Shown here: one piece after another, positions 1 through 10,500 of the stretch
Numbering within the stretch: position 1 is the stretch's first letter
Layout: each line of letters starts with the position of its first letter
Made by a program: the position numbers and the translations under genes
Assembly: GCA_002269645.1 (NCBI GenBank)
Contig: NIVC01001035.1
Location: forward strand, 186,001-250,000
From: Macrostomum lignano
Lineage: Eukaryota
DNA length: 64,000 nt
Direction: 5' to 3'
Notes under the pieces: model-generated
What the model saw: the letters and a program-made list of their open reading frames with translations, nothing else
Database searches by the model: none
What the model was told of the DNA's origin: nothing

Positions 1-182
1 TTCAATTCAATACTAACTAGTATACAATATATATCAGAATACAAAGGCCAATGCTTTTATTGAAATATTACTGGTGTAAGCTTACAAAAAACCTAGCATA
101 TTACATTTTTATTGTCTTTCTTCCTGGTATTTTGATTGTTAGGGTGCCAAAGGTCATATATAAAATAGGATTTTCTTGCTCC

Positions 183-1208
183 TGTTGTACTTTGGGTTTT
201 CTTGGGGTGGCCTGGTAGGTCTTTGAATCCCACTGTTGCCACCAGTGTAGTACTGCTGTTTGCTTCCCAGTTTAGGCCCTTGCAGATTACCTTAAGACTC
301 GAGCCTCTTCAGTGGGAAGTTCTCTCAACTCTCTCAGTTGCGTAGGTAGTGCTGCCACCAGTTCCTTCAGGTCTTGGCCTTCGGTGAGGTGAGCTTCCCG
401 TCGGAACGAAATAATGAAGTCAACGAACACAGCACTGTGTGCAGATTTAGAGCGCAACAAATAGGGCGTCTCATCAGCAGTACCTGCCAGGCTAGGATGG
501 TAGAGGGAGGGCTGAGTTAGCCTCTCGTAGACTTGGATTGACTTGGTCGGGTTTCAGTCGGAGCAATAGGAATAGAATCAATATGCGCAAAGGCTCGGAC
601 ACTCGGGATTTAGTCACATGCAGACATAGAACTCGAAGTTGAACAGAAAGAAGACTCCTTGACGGAAACAAGGGGGAGAGAGCTCCTATTTATAGCTGGG
701 AAACTCCCGCGCTCAAGACCTCGTGACTTGTTCTATTTTTAGAACTGACATCACTCGAGAGTCTCGGGCAGGGTACAAGTGCGCGTAAGACCTCGTGACT
801 TGTTCTATTTTTAGAACTGACGTCACTTGAGGGTCCCCGGCAGAGTGCACATGGCTGTGACTCAGTTGCTATGGGAAGGGAGGGGTCCAAAAGCATGTGA
901 CTCACCTGGTAAACAGGGCCAACAAGTGCAGTAAACATGTTTACTGCACTTTAAGACTCAGAGAACGCAAGAACTGTCATGTGACTTGCTCACATGACAG
1001 AGGAAACAGGACGGAAGTGAAAAAGAGACAGCCCACAGTCGAGAGACTGAGGGCTGAAAACAGAAATGCAGCAGGGCGGAAAGGACACAGGGGGCAGCAG
1101 GTAAACGAAAGAGCTGGTAGGCAACCAGCGGCAGACAGCAACCCAAAGGGATGGCAAGGGAACGGCTGACTAGGGCAACGCCTAACCATAAACTAGCGGC
1201 TCACTACA
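183..1208 (-). repeat. 3' LTR of the Gypsy element
   Basis: Colinear with 13511-14550, starts TGTTGTAC and ends CACTACA on +. Contains an internal duplicated AAGACCTCGTGACTTGTTCTATTTTTAGAACTGAC unit. Differs from the other LTR by substitutions and indels. Confidence 0.93.
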
Positions 1209-1220
1209 CTCTCCCCGTTC
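1209..1220 (-). promoter_or_regulatory. Polypurine tract (plus-strand primer)
   Basis: Minus strand GAACGGGGAGAG directly precedes the TGTAGT start of the 3' LTR. Confidence 0.8.
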
Positions 1221-1717
1221 AAATAAAGAGGCGGAGTGAAGGCGGAGTGCGCCTTTATTTAAAAGGTAAAACGTTGGCTATACTTCAAACAGTTGGCCAT
1301 GGCGATAGGTTGGAGTGTCACATGGGAACGAACAAGGGCTGGGTCAAGGCCCGTCGTGTGACCCGAGTTGAATGCACATGATCAGAAAAGAGGGGGGCAC
1401 TAGCCCCAGCAAAAGAGCGCCTAAATGCCGGGATGCAGGCGACAGATGCAGAGCCCGTAAAAGGTGAGGGCGCCTTCATGGGCGCAAAAGAGCAATGTGC
1501 TGTTATTGGCAAGTGGGTTGCCCACACCAAGGCAGAGCCCGAGAAAAGACTAAACGCGGAGAGGCCGGAGGGCCCTCGGGTGTGAAGAATGAGGACGATC
1601 GTCCTTGAGCAGCTCGGGGGTGCCTGCCCAAACAAAAGAAAAGCGCCTAAATATAAAGCACTAGGACATGGCATTAATGTTTTGGCATGCAGCTTAATGG
1701 GGCGGAGAGCTTTAGGT

Positions 1718-2996
1718 TTACTCCGAGTTCACATCGCAATTTTCAATGATAGCCGGGACCACCGGCGTACAACCAGTGATCTGCGCAGCCGTGAACTGGC
1801 CGACATAGCGCACTGCCTCCGGAAACCTGGGCCGATGGAGGTTTGGGGCGGCGACATCAGCGGCGTCATCTAGCAGCCGCTGCTGGTCTTTGTCGGCGAG
1901 GGCGCGGAGCGTGGACCAGCGTGGCCACTCGGCCACCGTCAGAAGCGTCCCAACGTGAGCAGCCATCGTCAACAGCCGGGCGATATGGTAGACCGCGGCA
2001 ACATAGTGGTCAATGGCCGTTCGGAGTCCGGTGGGCATGGCCTCAGCTTCCAGGTGGTCAGGAGCTGGCTCAATATCATGCGACAGAACGGCGGCGATGG
2101 CAGCGGCGACGGTTGGGCTCTCGGGCGAATTCGGCGGGGCCGGAGGCGAGCTAAGGTTCGGTGAGCCTGTCGCCGAAATAGCAGTCTGGACACTGCGCGA
2201 CGTCTCCGACCTGGGCTGGACAGAGTCGCTCGTCTGAGTGGCCGCTTCACAACGGCCGGCGGCGTCCAGATCGTCCTCGGGAACCGTCGGCAATAACGGC
2301 GAGCCTTCGCTCGGCGGGGAGGCGGGCTCAACCCGCAGCTCAGGGCCGACTAGCCGGAGGACCTGTGGTACCTGCGGGCAAAGTTGAGCTGGAGCCTGGC
2401 CAGCTTCCAGCTTGGCTTCCACGCCCAGAGTCGAGGCCGAAGCCCCGGCTCCGAGGTGGTCGCCGCAGGCGGCTTCCGGGGCCGGGACCATAGGCTCGGC
2501 CTTTGGGCAGCGAGAGAGTCGGCCTCCCGTGATCGACTGGGCCTTCAGGCTCCGGCGCTGCCGCTCGAGCTCGCGATCGACTTGAGCGCCGAGGGCCGCA
2601 TTGAGCTGCCTGGCGTTGTTCACCGCAGGCGACTGGACGCGCCGCACTGGGGCCGGGGACTCTTCGTTAGTGAGATCGATGAAGGCCTCACCCCTCACGC
2701 GAAGCACCGGCGGTCCGGTTGGGCCCTGTACCCCTACGGCACGCCTCAGGCAGGGAGCGGCGCTCCGGCGGTGGCGAACGTCGGCGAGACAGGCGGGCAG
2801 GTGATTCTGGCCTGGCTGAGGGCCTGCCGATCCGGCTCAGAACTGGCCGGCGTGGAGCGTCAGGCGGACCGCCGAATGGCTCATATTGGCCGGCCATGGC
2901 CCCAATTGGTCGAGCGTAACGGACCGGCGAATACGTTCTAGGCCGGTTCTGACGCGAAGCGGCCTGGCCCTCTTCGGTCGGCGAGCGCTCAATCAA
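1718..2996 (-). CDS. Extra ORF in the env position of the Gypsy element, split by one frameshift; function unknown
   Basis: Overlapping ORFs 2688-2996 and 1718-2707 (the latter frame stays open to ~2835). Both lie between pol and the PPT in the sense orientation. Confidence 0.55.
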
Positions 2997-3441
2997 TGCG
3001 CTTGTGTGATCGCCGGTGCATTTCTACACTGAAATGCGGTTTAATTTGTGCGCAGATGCGGGCGGTGCGACTAACATAAGTCTTGGCCCTAGGATTAATA
3101 ACCAGCCTCTCAGGCTGCCTACGGTTCCTAGCCGGCCTACCGGCATCTACAGATTCTACAGTCGCTTCCACCGGAGTGGTGCACAACGACGGCCCAGGGG
3201 TCTGGACCACAGAAGAGGCATCGCGAAGGGCGGGAGCAGAAACGAACGGTAAAGAAACGGAAGGCATAGACGCATTAGGAACAGGCTCATGCAAATGGCA
3301 TTCACCACACGGCACTGGCTCACGCCGAAGTGCACTTGCCTGGTTCGCTGGTGTCGTGACCGGTCCACCTCCTGGCAGCACCTCCGGGATCGCCAAAGGC
3401 CGGAAGTGCCATCGGAGGGCCGGCCTGGCGTCGTAGCCATC
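2989..3441 (-). CDS. pol: Severed C-terminal tail of Gypsy pol/integrase
   Basis: Removing the LINE and one CATC copy restores DEQDDAD-GYDARPALRW in frame. The tail contains the RPARNRRQPERL motif typical of Gypsy integrase ends. Confidence 0.85.
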   Translation of the reverse strand, partial: DGYDARPALRWHFRPLAIPEVLPGGGPVTTPANQASALRREPVPCGECHLHEPVPNASMPSVSLPFVSAPALRDASSVVQTPGPSLCTTPVEATVESVDAGRPARNRRQPERLVINPRAKTYVSRTARICAQIKPHFSVEMHRRSHKRID

Positions 3442-6400
3442 TTCTTCTTCTTCTTCTCCGTTTATCGCCTTGCGGCGTGGAGTGAACAGCGTCAGGCTTC
3501 ACCGCAAGTGCGTTTGTGTCGCGCCATGTTTGTCGCCGATAACGTTCTTCCGTACTTGTCGCATTCTGCTGTCTTCCTTCGGTATTTTCTTGCTCTTCTC
3601 TTGTTCTCCTCCATCTCCGGTGGATTGTGGTGTTGTTCTTTACATGTCTTTCTGTGCCTCGCTAGGTTCGATTTTACGATTGTGCTTCCACATTGCTGAC
3701 ATTTTACTCTTGACGCATCTATTTCCGTCTCGCCTTGGCACACCTTCTCATGGTTTGCCAGGGTCGCTTCCTGTCGGAACTCCTTGTCGCATTTGTGGCA
3801 TCTGAATTTCACCGGCTCTTTAAACACGCGATGCATCCTCTTTTGGTGGATGGTTAGTCCGCCCTTGCTTTTACACACTTTGCCGCAGAGTTCGTATTCG
3901 CATTTGAAGCCATCTCCAACCTCTCTCGGGTTCGTTTTTACGTGGTACCGTTCTTGACTTCGTTCGATCAGGCTGTTGTTACTGTCCGTCTTGGCCTTTT
4001 TTCCTTGCACTCTCTCCCACTCTTGTAGGTGTACAGTCCGCTGGTGTACTACGTTCCGCCAGTGTTTCCTGTCTAGAACGTGGCGTTCGATGTCTTGCGG
4101 TTCCATACCGGCTTCCCGGATGAGGCGCTTCCAGTAGGATATGGTGTTGTTTTTCCGTTTTTTGCGCTTAGGGATCCTTTCCAGGCCTCTGTACCACCCT
4201 AATACGGCTTGCTTTATTTGTCTGTCGTCTTCCATCCGTAGGACGTGGCCAATCCTTTTTAGGTGACTTTTCTCAATCTTTGTTCTTAATGACACAACAC
4301 CTAGTTCGTTGCGGATATCTTGCATATTTACTCCTAGGCTTTCCATTTCGCGCAGCGGTTCCATTCTCTTGTTGGACCAAATGTTGCGGTATGTTTTGTC
4401 GATGAACTGTTGCATTTTCTTGATTTCGCCGAGCAGGAACGGGCGGGTGTTCGCATGGAACAGGAGTACACTTTCCACGCACGCCTCGACCACTTTAGCT
4501 TGTGTGGTCTTTTTCAGGCGGCATCGATGGAACCTTTTCCTGATCGCATTCCACGCTTTGGCGGCTCTCTGGATTCTTTGCTGTGTGTCGTATCTCCTAT
4601 CCATCCACGACCCTAGGATGCGAGTTTTACCTCCGACGGATGTTCCTAGGGCCATCTCCTCCTGTTTCTCGTCATTTGTCAGTTCTTCGAACTTCTTCAT
4701 ATTCTCTTTGGTCGTTGTTAGGCTTCTCGTCAGTTCTCTGCCATTGCCTAGGATGGTGGTGTCGTCTGCAAAGAGCGATGAGGTCCACTTGACCGTTCGC
4801 ATCTCCGAGTTGTACTGGTTGATTCTCTGAGGTGGCAAGGAGTGTCCAGGTAAGTACGTCCATTCCACCCCGCAGCTTAATCCTCTGCTGGCCGCTTCTG
4901 TCTCCCGAGTTTCTTCCGCTTTCCTGATGCTCGCCTGGTGGTAGATGTTAAATAATATCGGGGAAGTTGGGCATCCCTCGCGTAAGCCTCGCTCGGGTAG
5001 CCATGTTTCGCTTGATTTCTCCTTGCCTTGCACTTTATACGCGGTATGTTCATGCAGGTCTTTCAGTTTTTCGATCGTCTCTTGCGGCATCTTGTACGCT
5101 TGGAGGATTCCCCACAGGATCGGCTCGCACACTCTCGGATATGCCTTACGGAGGTCTAGGAGGATTGCCGTTTCTGTGTCTTCGATGTTGCAGTCTCCTG
5201 ATGCTCTTTTTGTTTCCAGGTACTCGGCAATGTCCTCGTGCATCCTGGTGAATATCTGTGCGTTGTCCGCCGTCGATCTTCCACTTCGGAAGCCGTTCTG
5301 GTTGTCATCTAGCGCTCCTATCACTTCTGCCCAATTCCGGATTCTGGTAGCCAGAATGCGGGCTAGTATTCTGCTGAGCATAGGTAATAGGCAGATTCCT
5401 CTGTAGTTATTCATGTCTGCTCGGTCTCCCTTCTTGAATAATGGAATAATGAGTCCAATTTTCTCGTTGTCATTCCATTTGTGCGCTCGCTCTTCAAACA
5501 GAAAGCGGATCCTTGCATACAGTTCTTTACGTACTGCGTCTGGGGCGATTCTAATGTATCTGATACGAAGTTCGTCCTCCCCGGGACTTCGGTCTTTCAT
5601 TTCTTTAATGGCTGCTTCTATTTCAAGGTCCGTTGGGACTGTCGTCAGTTGTGTTCTTGTCTTTTCCGTATCTTCCTGTTCCTTCATGGTTTTGATTGAT
5701 CTGATCAGTTCGGCTGTTTCGGTTTCCGGGTTTTCCAATCTAGTCCCTTGGATTCTTTCCAAATGGTTCTTGAAGTCATCTTCGTCAAAGTTGGTGTCTG
5801 TTCCGCTGTTGTTCCACTTTCCTCGCTTGTCCAACATCCTTAATTTCTCATAGACCACTGCGATCTGGCCTCTATCCGCGGCATTTCTGCATTCCTCAGC
5901 GATTGCGTCCCACCAGTTTTCCTCCCATTCCGCGAGCTTCTTTTTTATCTTTTTTCGGATAGTTGTAGTCGCTAGGCGGGCTAGGGTCGTCGCCGCCGAG
6001 GTGGGGTCTTCTCTGACGCATGCGTTGCGATGGGCCAGCGTTTCTGCCAGCTCTCTTTGTTGTGCCTCGTGTTCGTCCAGGTGGGGGGCCATCCACGGGT
6101 TCGTTACTCGTGTCACCGTGCCGCATACGTGCCTTGCACTGTCGATGATTGAGTTTTGAACGTCTGTCCATTTCATGTCTGTGAGGTTCCTGTCCTGCTT
6201 CTCTCTTAGTTCTTCGAATCTTGTTAGTATTTCTTTTTTTAACTCAGATGCCTTGTTCTCGTCGTGGAGTTTCCTCCAGTCGATGTTCTTCCGCCTGCGT
6301 CTCGTCTGGTCCTTGACGTACTTGTTCCGTGTCCAGCCCCGAATTATGACGGTTTTGGGCAGGTGGTCCGACAAGTTGCACTTGTTGTGGTTCTTTATCG

Positions 6401-7550
6401 TTTTGACCAGGCGGTGTCTGTCCTGCGCGCGAGTTATGAAGCCGTCTATCTCATACCACGTGCCGGTGCTTGGATTTCTCCAGGTTCCCCGGTTTTTTGA
6501 CTTGTGGAACGAGTTGATCCAGGCTAGATCATTTGTCACTAACCAGTTTGCGAGGTCTTCGCCCTGCTGGTTGGTCAGTGCTAAGCCAAACTTTCCTCGA
6601 TGTTGCGCGTCTGTGCTTTCAAATTTGCCAATCTGTGCGTTCATGTCACCGCCAATGATGATTGGTTTGTTCTTTCTTTCATTATGAATGTAACGTTCCA
6701 GGGTGTTTCTGAGCTCTGCTAGTTCCGTTTCGTAGTCCGGAGTGCCTCTAACTGGGCAGTACACGCTGATCAATGTCGCGTCGTATATTTCTATCATGAT
6801 CGCTCTGTTCGTAATCTTCTTTTTTGATCCGCTGTCCTTCCACGTCTGGTATAATTCCTGGTTTAGGATGATGCCTGTTTTCTTGCCGTGAATCAGGAAT
6901 GAATTTTGTTTCGGTTGGTGGTAACTTCTTATTCCGTCTGACGGTGCCGATAACTCCGAGATGAGGGCTACCTCCCAATTCTCACTCATAATCTTTTTTG
7001 CGATCTCTCCAAAACGCGTGCCGAACACGTTTGCCCGCTGGACATTCCATGTTGTTATTCTCAGCTCGTTGTTTAATGTTTCTCTGCGTTTGTTAATCTT
7101 CTTCGTTCTTCTTGTTCCACGGCGTCGGGTTCTTCTGATTAGTCTGCTTTTCTTCTCTTTTTGGGTTTTCGGTCGTTTTGTGCTTTTTCTTGGGTTTTCG
7201 GATTCTTTCTTTGGTCTTTCCTTCCTGTTTGGTCCTGGGTTCTTCTCTACTGTCGTCAGCTGTGCTTTCACTTCCGCCGACCTTTGTTTCCGGCTTGGTC
7301 TTGTGCGGCTCTGCTGTTCCTCTAGCTCTCTACCTTTGTGCTGTCCACTGGTTTTTGCCTGGTTAATCTCGGTACCCAGGTCGGCTACTTCTGGGTACCA
7401 CGAGTGAAAAGGGCCGGTGTCGTCGTACTGGCTTCCGCCAGTGGCTTCGATCCATGGTCCCTTCCGTTTGCTCCCTTCTTTGCCAAGACTTTTTCGGGTC
7501 TTGTCCACTGGCCACCTCGTGAAGGTGGGGGAACAATCGGCCAGCGTCAT
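3442..7550 (-). mobile_element. 5'-truncated non-LTR retrotransposon (APE-RT LINE, RTE-like) with a (GAA)n tail
   Basis: CATC duplicated at 3438-3441 and 7551-7554. A (CTT)n run at 3442-3457 forms the 3' tail. One long ORF. Confidence 0.92.
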
Positions 7551-7553
7551 CAT
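3492..7553 (-). CDS. LINE ORF2: APE endonuclease, reverse transcriptase and C-terminal zinc fingers
   Basis: TWNV, GGDMNAQIG and SDHLP (APE). NYRGICLL, QNGFR and LFADD (RT). Four C2H2/C2HC-like fingers in the last ~140 aa. The first codons come from the flanking pol sequence. Confidence 0.93.
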   Translation of the reverse strand: MMTLADCSPTFTRWPVDKTRKSLGKEGSKRKGPWIEATGGSQYDDTGPFHSWYPEVADLGTEINQAKTSGQHKGRELEEQQSRTRPSRKQRSAEVKAQLTTVEKNPGPNRKERPKKESENPRKSTKRPKTQKEKKSRLIRRTRRRGTRRTKKINKRRETLNNELRITTWNVQRANVFGTRFGEIAKKIMSENWEVALISELSAPSDGIRSYHQPKQNSFLIHGKKTGIILNQELYQTWKDSGSKKKITNRAIMIEIYDATLISVYCPVRGTPDYETELAELRNTLERYIHNERKNKPIIIGGDMNAQIGKFESTDAQHRGKFGLALTNQQGEDLANWLVTNDLAWINSFHKSKNRGTWRNPSTGTWYEIDGFITRAQDRHRLVKTIKNHNKCNLSDHLPKTVIIRGWTRNKYVKDQTRRRRKNIDWRKLHDENKASELKKEILTRFEELREKQDRNLTDMKWTDVQNSIIDSARHVCGTVTRVTNPWMAPHLDEHEAQQRELAETLAHRNACVREDPTSAATTLARLATTTIRKKIKKKLAEWEENWWDAIAEECRNAADRGQIAVVYEKLRMLDKRGKWNNSGTDTNFDEDDFKNHLERIQGTRLENPETETAELIRSIKTMKEQEDTEKTRTQLTTVPTDLEIEAAIKEMKDRSPGEDELRIRYIRIAPDAVRKELYARIRFLFEERAHKWNDNEKIGLIIPLFKKGDRADMNNYRGICLLPMLSRILARILATRIRNWAEVIGALDDNQNGFRSGRSTADNAQIFTRMHEDIAEYLETKRASGDCNIEDTETAILLDLRKAYPRVCEPILWGILQAYKMPQETIEKLKDLHEHTAYKVQGKEKSSETWLPERGLREGCPTSPILFNIYHQASIRKAEETRETEAASRGLSCGVEWTYLPGHSLPPQRINQYNSEMRTVKWTSSLFADDTTILGNGRELTRSLTTTKENMKKFEELTNDEKQEEMALGTSVGGKTRILGSWMDRRYDTQQRIQRAAKAWNAIRKRFHRCRLKKTTQAKVVEACVESVLLFHANTRPFLLGEIKKMQQFIDKTYRNIWSNKRMEPLREMESLGVNMQDIRNELGVVSLRTKIEKSHLKRIGHVLRMEDDRQIKQAVLGWYRGLERIPKRKKRKNNTISYWKRLIREAGMEPQDIERHVLDRKHWRNVVHQRTVHLQEWERVQGKKAKTDSNNSLIERSQERYHVKTNPREVGDGFKCEYELCGKVCKSKGGLTIHQKRMHRVFKEPVKFRCHKCDKEFRQEATLANHEKVCQGETEIDASRVKCQQCGSTIVKSNLARHRKTCKEQHHNPPEMEENKRRARKYRRKTAECDKYGRTLSATNMARHKRTCGEA

Positions 7554-10500
7554 CGGCGTCGTCCTGCTCGTCCTCGGGGATCGGCGTCAGGGTCGCGGGT
7601 CCTGCGCCGTCGGGAACGTCAGGCGGTCGCCGACGCGTCCTTGGCTTGTCGACTTCAGGATCGGAAGTCCTCGTGTAGTCAGCGTCAGGCACGAGCAGAA
7701 GGTTCCGGCGATGGACGACTAGTTTGTCTCGTCTAGCTCTCGGGTTTGGCAGTCTCCGTCGAATCTTGTAGACGACCTCGCCCTTGGGCTCGACGACTTC
7801 GTACAGCGCTTTGCGAGGTCGATGAAATTTCGCCGCCTCGTCCGGCTCGAGTGCCGGGTTGTTGAGGAAGACCAGATCACCAGGTTGAAGCTTCTTAGCG
7901 GCAAGCAGGTTCGAGTAGTGCTCGTCTCGCAGTTGTTGATGCAGATGCAGGCGCTCCTTGGCCAGCTCAGTCGCCTCGTCCAGGCGACGTTGGAAGTCTT
8001 TGACGTAGTCGGGCAGGTCGGCATACTCGTGCAGCTTCTTCAGCGCGTTGTCGATCGGTAGTCGGAAATCACGGCCGAACACCAGATAGTGAGGCGTGAA
8101 ACCGGACACCGGGTGCACGCTGGAGCGGAGAGCCATCAAACAGGCCGAGAGGAAGGTGTCCCAGTCGTTGTGGTTGCGCTCGAGCAGACAGGTGAGGACA
8201 CTCTTCAGCTGCTTGTTGAGGTTCTCGACTTGTCCGTTGGAAGCTGGATTGTACGGTGTTGTTGTCGTATGCCGAATGCCAAACAGGTCGCAGAACTTCT
8301 TGAAGGCCGAGCCGGTGAAGTTGGTGCCTTGGTCGGTGTGGATCCAGCATGGTACACCGAACTCGGGGATGAAGCGCTCCTGCAGAAGCTTGATGACTGT
8401 TTTGGCTTTCTGGTTTCTCATCGGGTAGGCGAATGGATACTTCGACGTCGCATCGCACAAGGTCAGGATGTAGCGGTTGCCGCTCTTGCTCTTCTGCGCG
8501 ATTGGTCCTACTACATCACAGTGGATTCTACCCAGAACTTCGCAAACTGGGAAGCTCTGGACCGGAACTCTCTCTCGCCGTCGCGATTTACTTTCAAGGC
8601 AGGTGCGGCACTTACTGATGAAGGTCTTGGTAGCACGGGCTAATCCGGGTCTCCAGAACCGTTCTCGTAGCCGCAGTAACGTCTTCGTCTCGCCGAGGTG
8701 TCCACACAGTGGCGAACTGTGGAGCTCCTGGAGCACCTGGGCGTCAAGGGCCTCAGGCAGAACAACCTTTGGCGGCTGCTGGCCATCAGACAGGTCAATC
8801 AGCAGCAGGCCGTTGTCCTCCTGCAGGTTCTCGTAGTATCCGAGCAGGTTCCGCTGCTCCTTCGTCAGGCGCAACCGGGCGTCGAACTCAGGCTTCGGGG
8901 CTTCGTCCTTGACCAGGTTGAGCACGTAGCTAATGGCTCGGTCAGCGCGCTGGGCTTCAACGAACTGTTGGCGAGTCATCGGCATCTTCAGAAAATCAGT
9001 GAGCACGGCGCGGCATGGCTGAGGGGTCATGACTCCCGCAGTCTCCGCTTTAATGGCTCCAAGTGGATCACACGGCACCGTCTTGTCGGCGTCAGGATTA
9101 GGTCGCTCCGAGGGACTTTGTCTCACAACGTCGGCGTACGTCCGTTGATCTCGTTTCGAAGTTCTCATCGTCGCTCTCGTGACAGAAAATTCCGCAGATG
9201 GAGCAGCGCGCATGCCTCCACTGCCTCGTCCAGGCGACTCTTGGCTGTAGGGTGGGACGCAACACGTGAAGCACGCCTCGTCGCTGGCAGCCGTAGCCGT
9301 CGGCTCAGTCGTCGTCAAATCTGGGTGAGTCTTCTCCTGCACTGGGCGGTGTCGCAAAGGGGGACTCGACTTTCCGCACAGGCGATGAGCAGCTGTCTGT
9401 CGGCCCCGGGGGCAGAGCTTCGACCTTGCAGCTGGCGCGAGATTCTGGCCTCTGTCAACACGGCGAGAAATCTCAGCGAAAGGCTCGGAGGGGTTGTAAT
9501 TAAATTGCTTGTCCGGAGTTGCGTTGCGGGCCGTCATCAGAAGGGCTGCTGGTGCGGTGGCCTTTGAATCTTGGTCCGTGGTCGTCTCCAGAATCCGAGA
9601 CCGGAAGTCTTGGGCGTTGTCAAGGAGGTCTGCGTCAGCGGTGGCCTCTAGGACTTCGTCCAGGTTGGTCTCCAAGTAGCGGCAGTCGGCGTGGGCATCG
9701 CTGCAGAGGGCTGTTGTCACAGTGGCCTCTGGGTTGTCGTCCAGGCCGGTCTCCAGGCGTTGACTGCAGCGGTGGGCGTCGTGCTGGAAGGCTGCTGGTG
9801 CGGTGGCTTCCAGGTCTTCGTCCAGGTCAGTCTCGGCCTCCAAGTTGCGAGAATGGACAGTCTTCGGGAGGGCTGCTCCGGCAGTGGCCTCGGGAGTCGC
9901 GTCCAAGTCCGGTTCCAGGTCGTGGTCCTCACCGGGTCGGGCTGCAGAACCGGGTTGCTCTAGCAGTCGGCCATGGTCGAAGAAGATCGGCGGGCCCTCC
10001 GGTCTTCTTGACAGGGCATCAGCGTTGGCGTGGTCCTTGCCTTTGCGGTGGTTGAGCTGGAAGCGGAACTCGCTTAGGCGTTCGATCCAGCGGCCTAAAA
10101 TACCTGTGGCCTGAGTTTGGTTCAGTAACCACAGTAAGGCCCGATGATCGGATCGAACTTCAAACTTCTTGCCGATTAAGTAATGACGGAAATGTCGCAT
10201 AGCGTCCACAATTGCAAGCAGCTCTTTCTTCGTGACCGTGTAGCGCTTCTCAGGATCGCGAAGTTTACGGCTAAAGAATGCAATTGGACGTTCGACGCCG
10301 TCGGATTGCAGTTGTCCAAGACAAGCGCCTATTCGAATATCAGAGGCATCCGTGTCGAGGACAAACTTCACTGCAGGATCAGAATTAAACTCAGGCAGAG
10401 CGAGAACTTCAGTCGAACACAATTTCTTCTTCAGAGTGTCGAATGTGTGCTGATGCTCGGGAGTCCAGTGCTGCCGCAGGCTGCCAATGTCCTTTCGCGT

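Noticed and set aside
466-500. CUGAUGA/CUGACGA hammerhead-like core in the LTRs (minus strand)
   Set aside because: No stem II closed by GAAA and no helix III follows.
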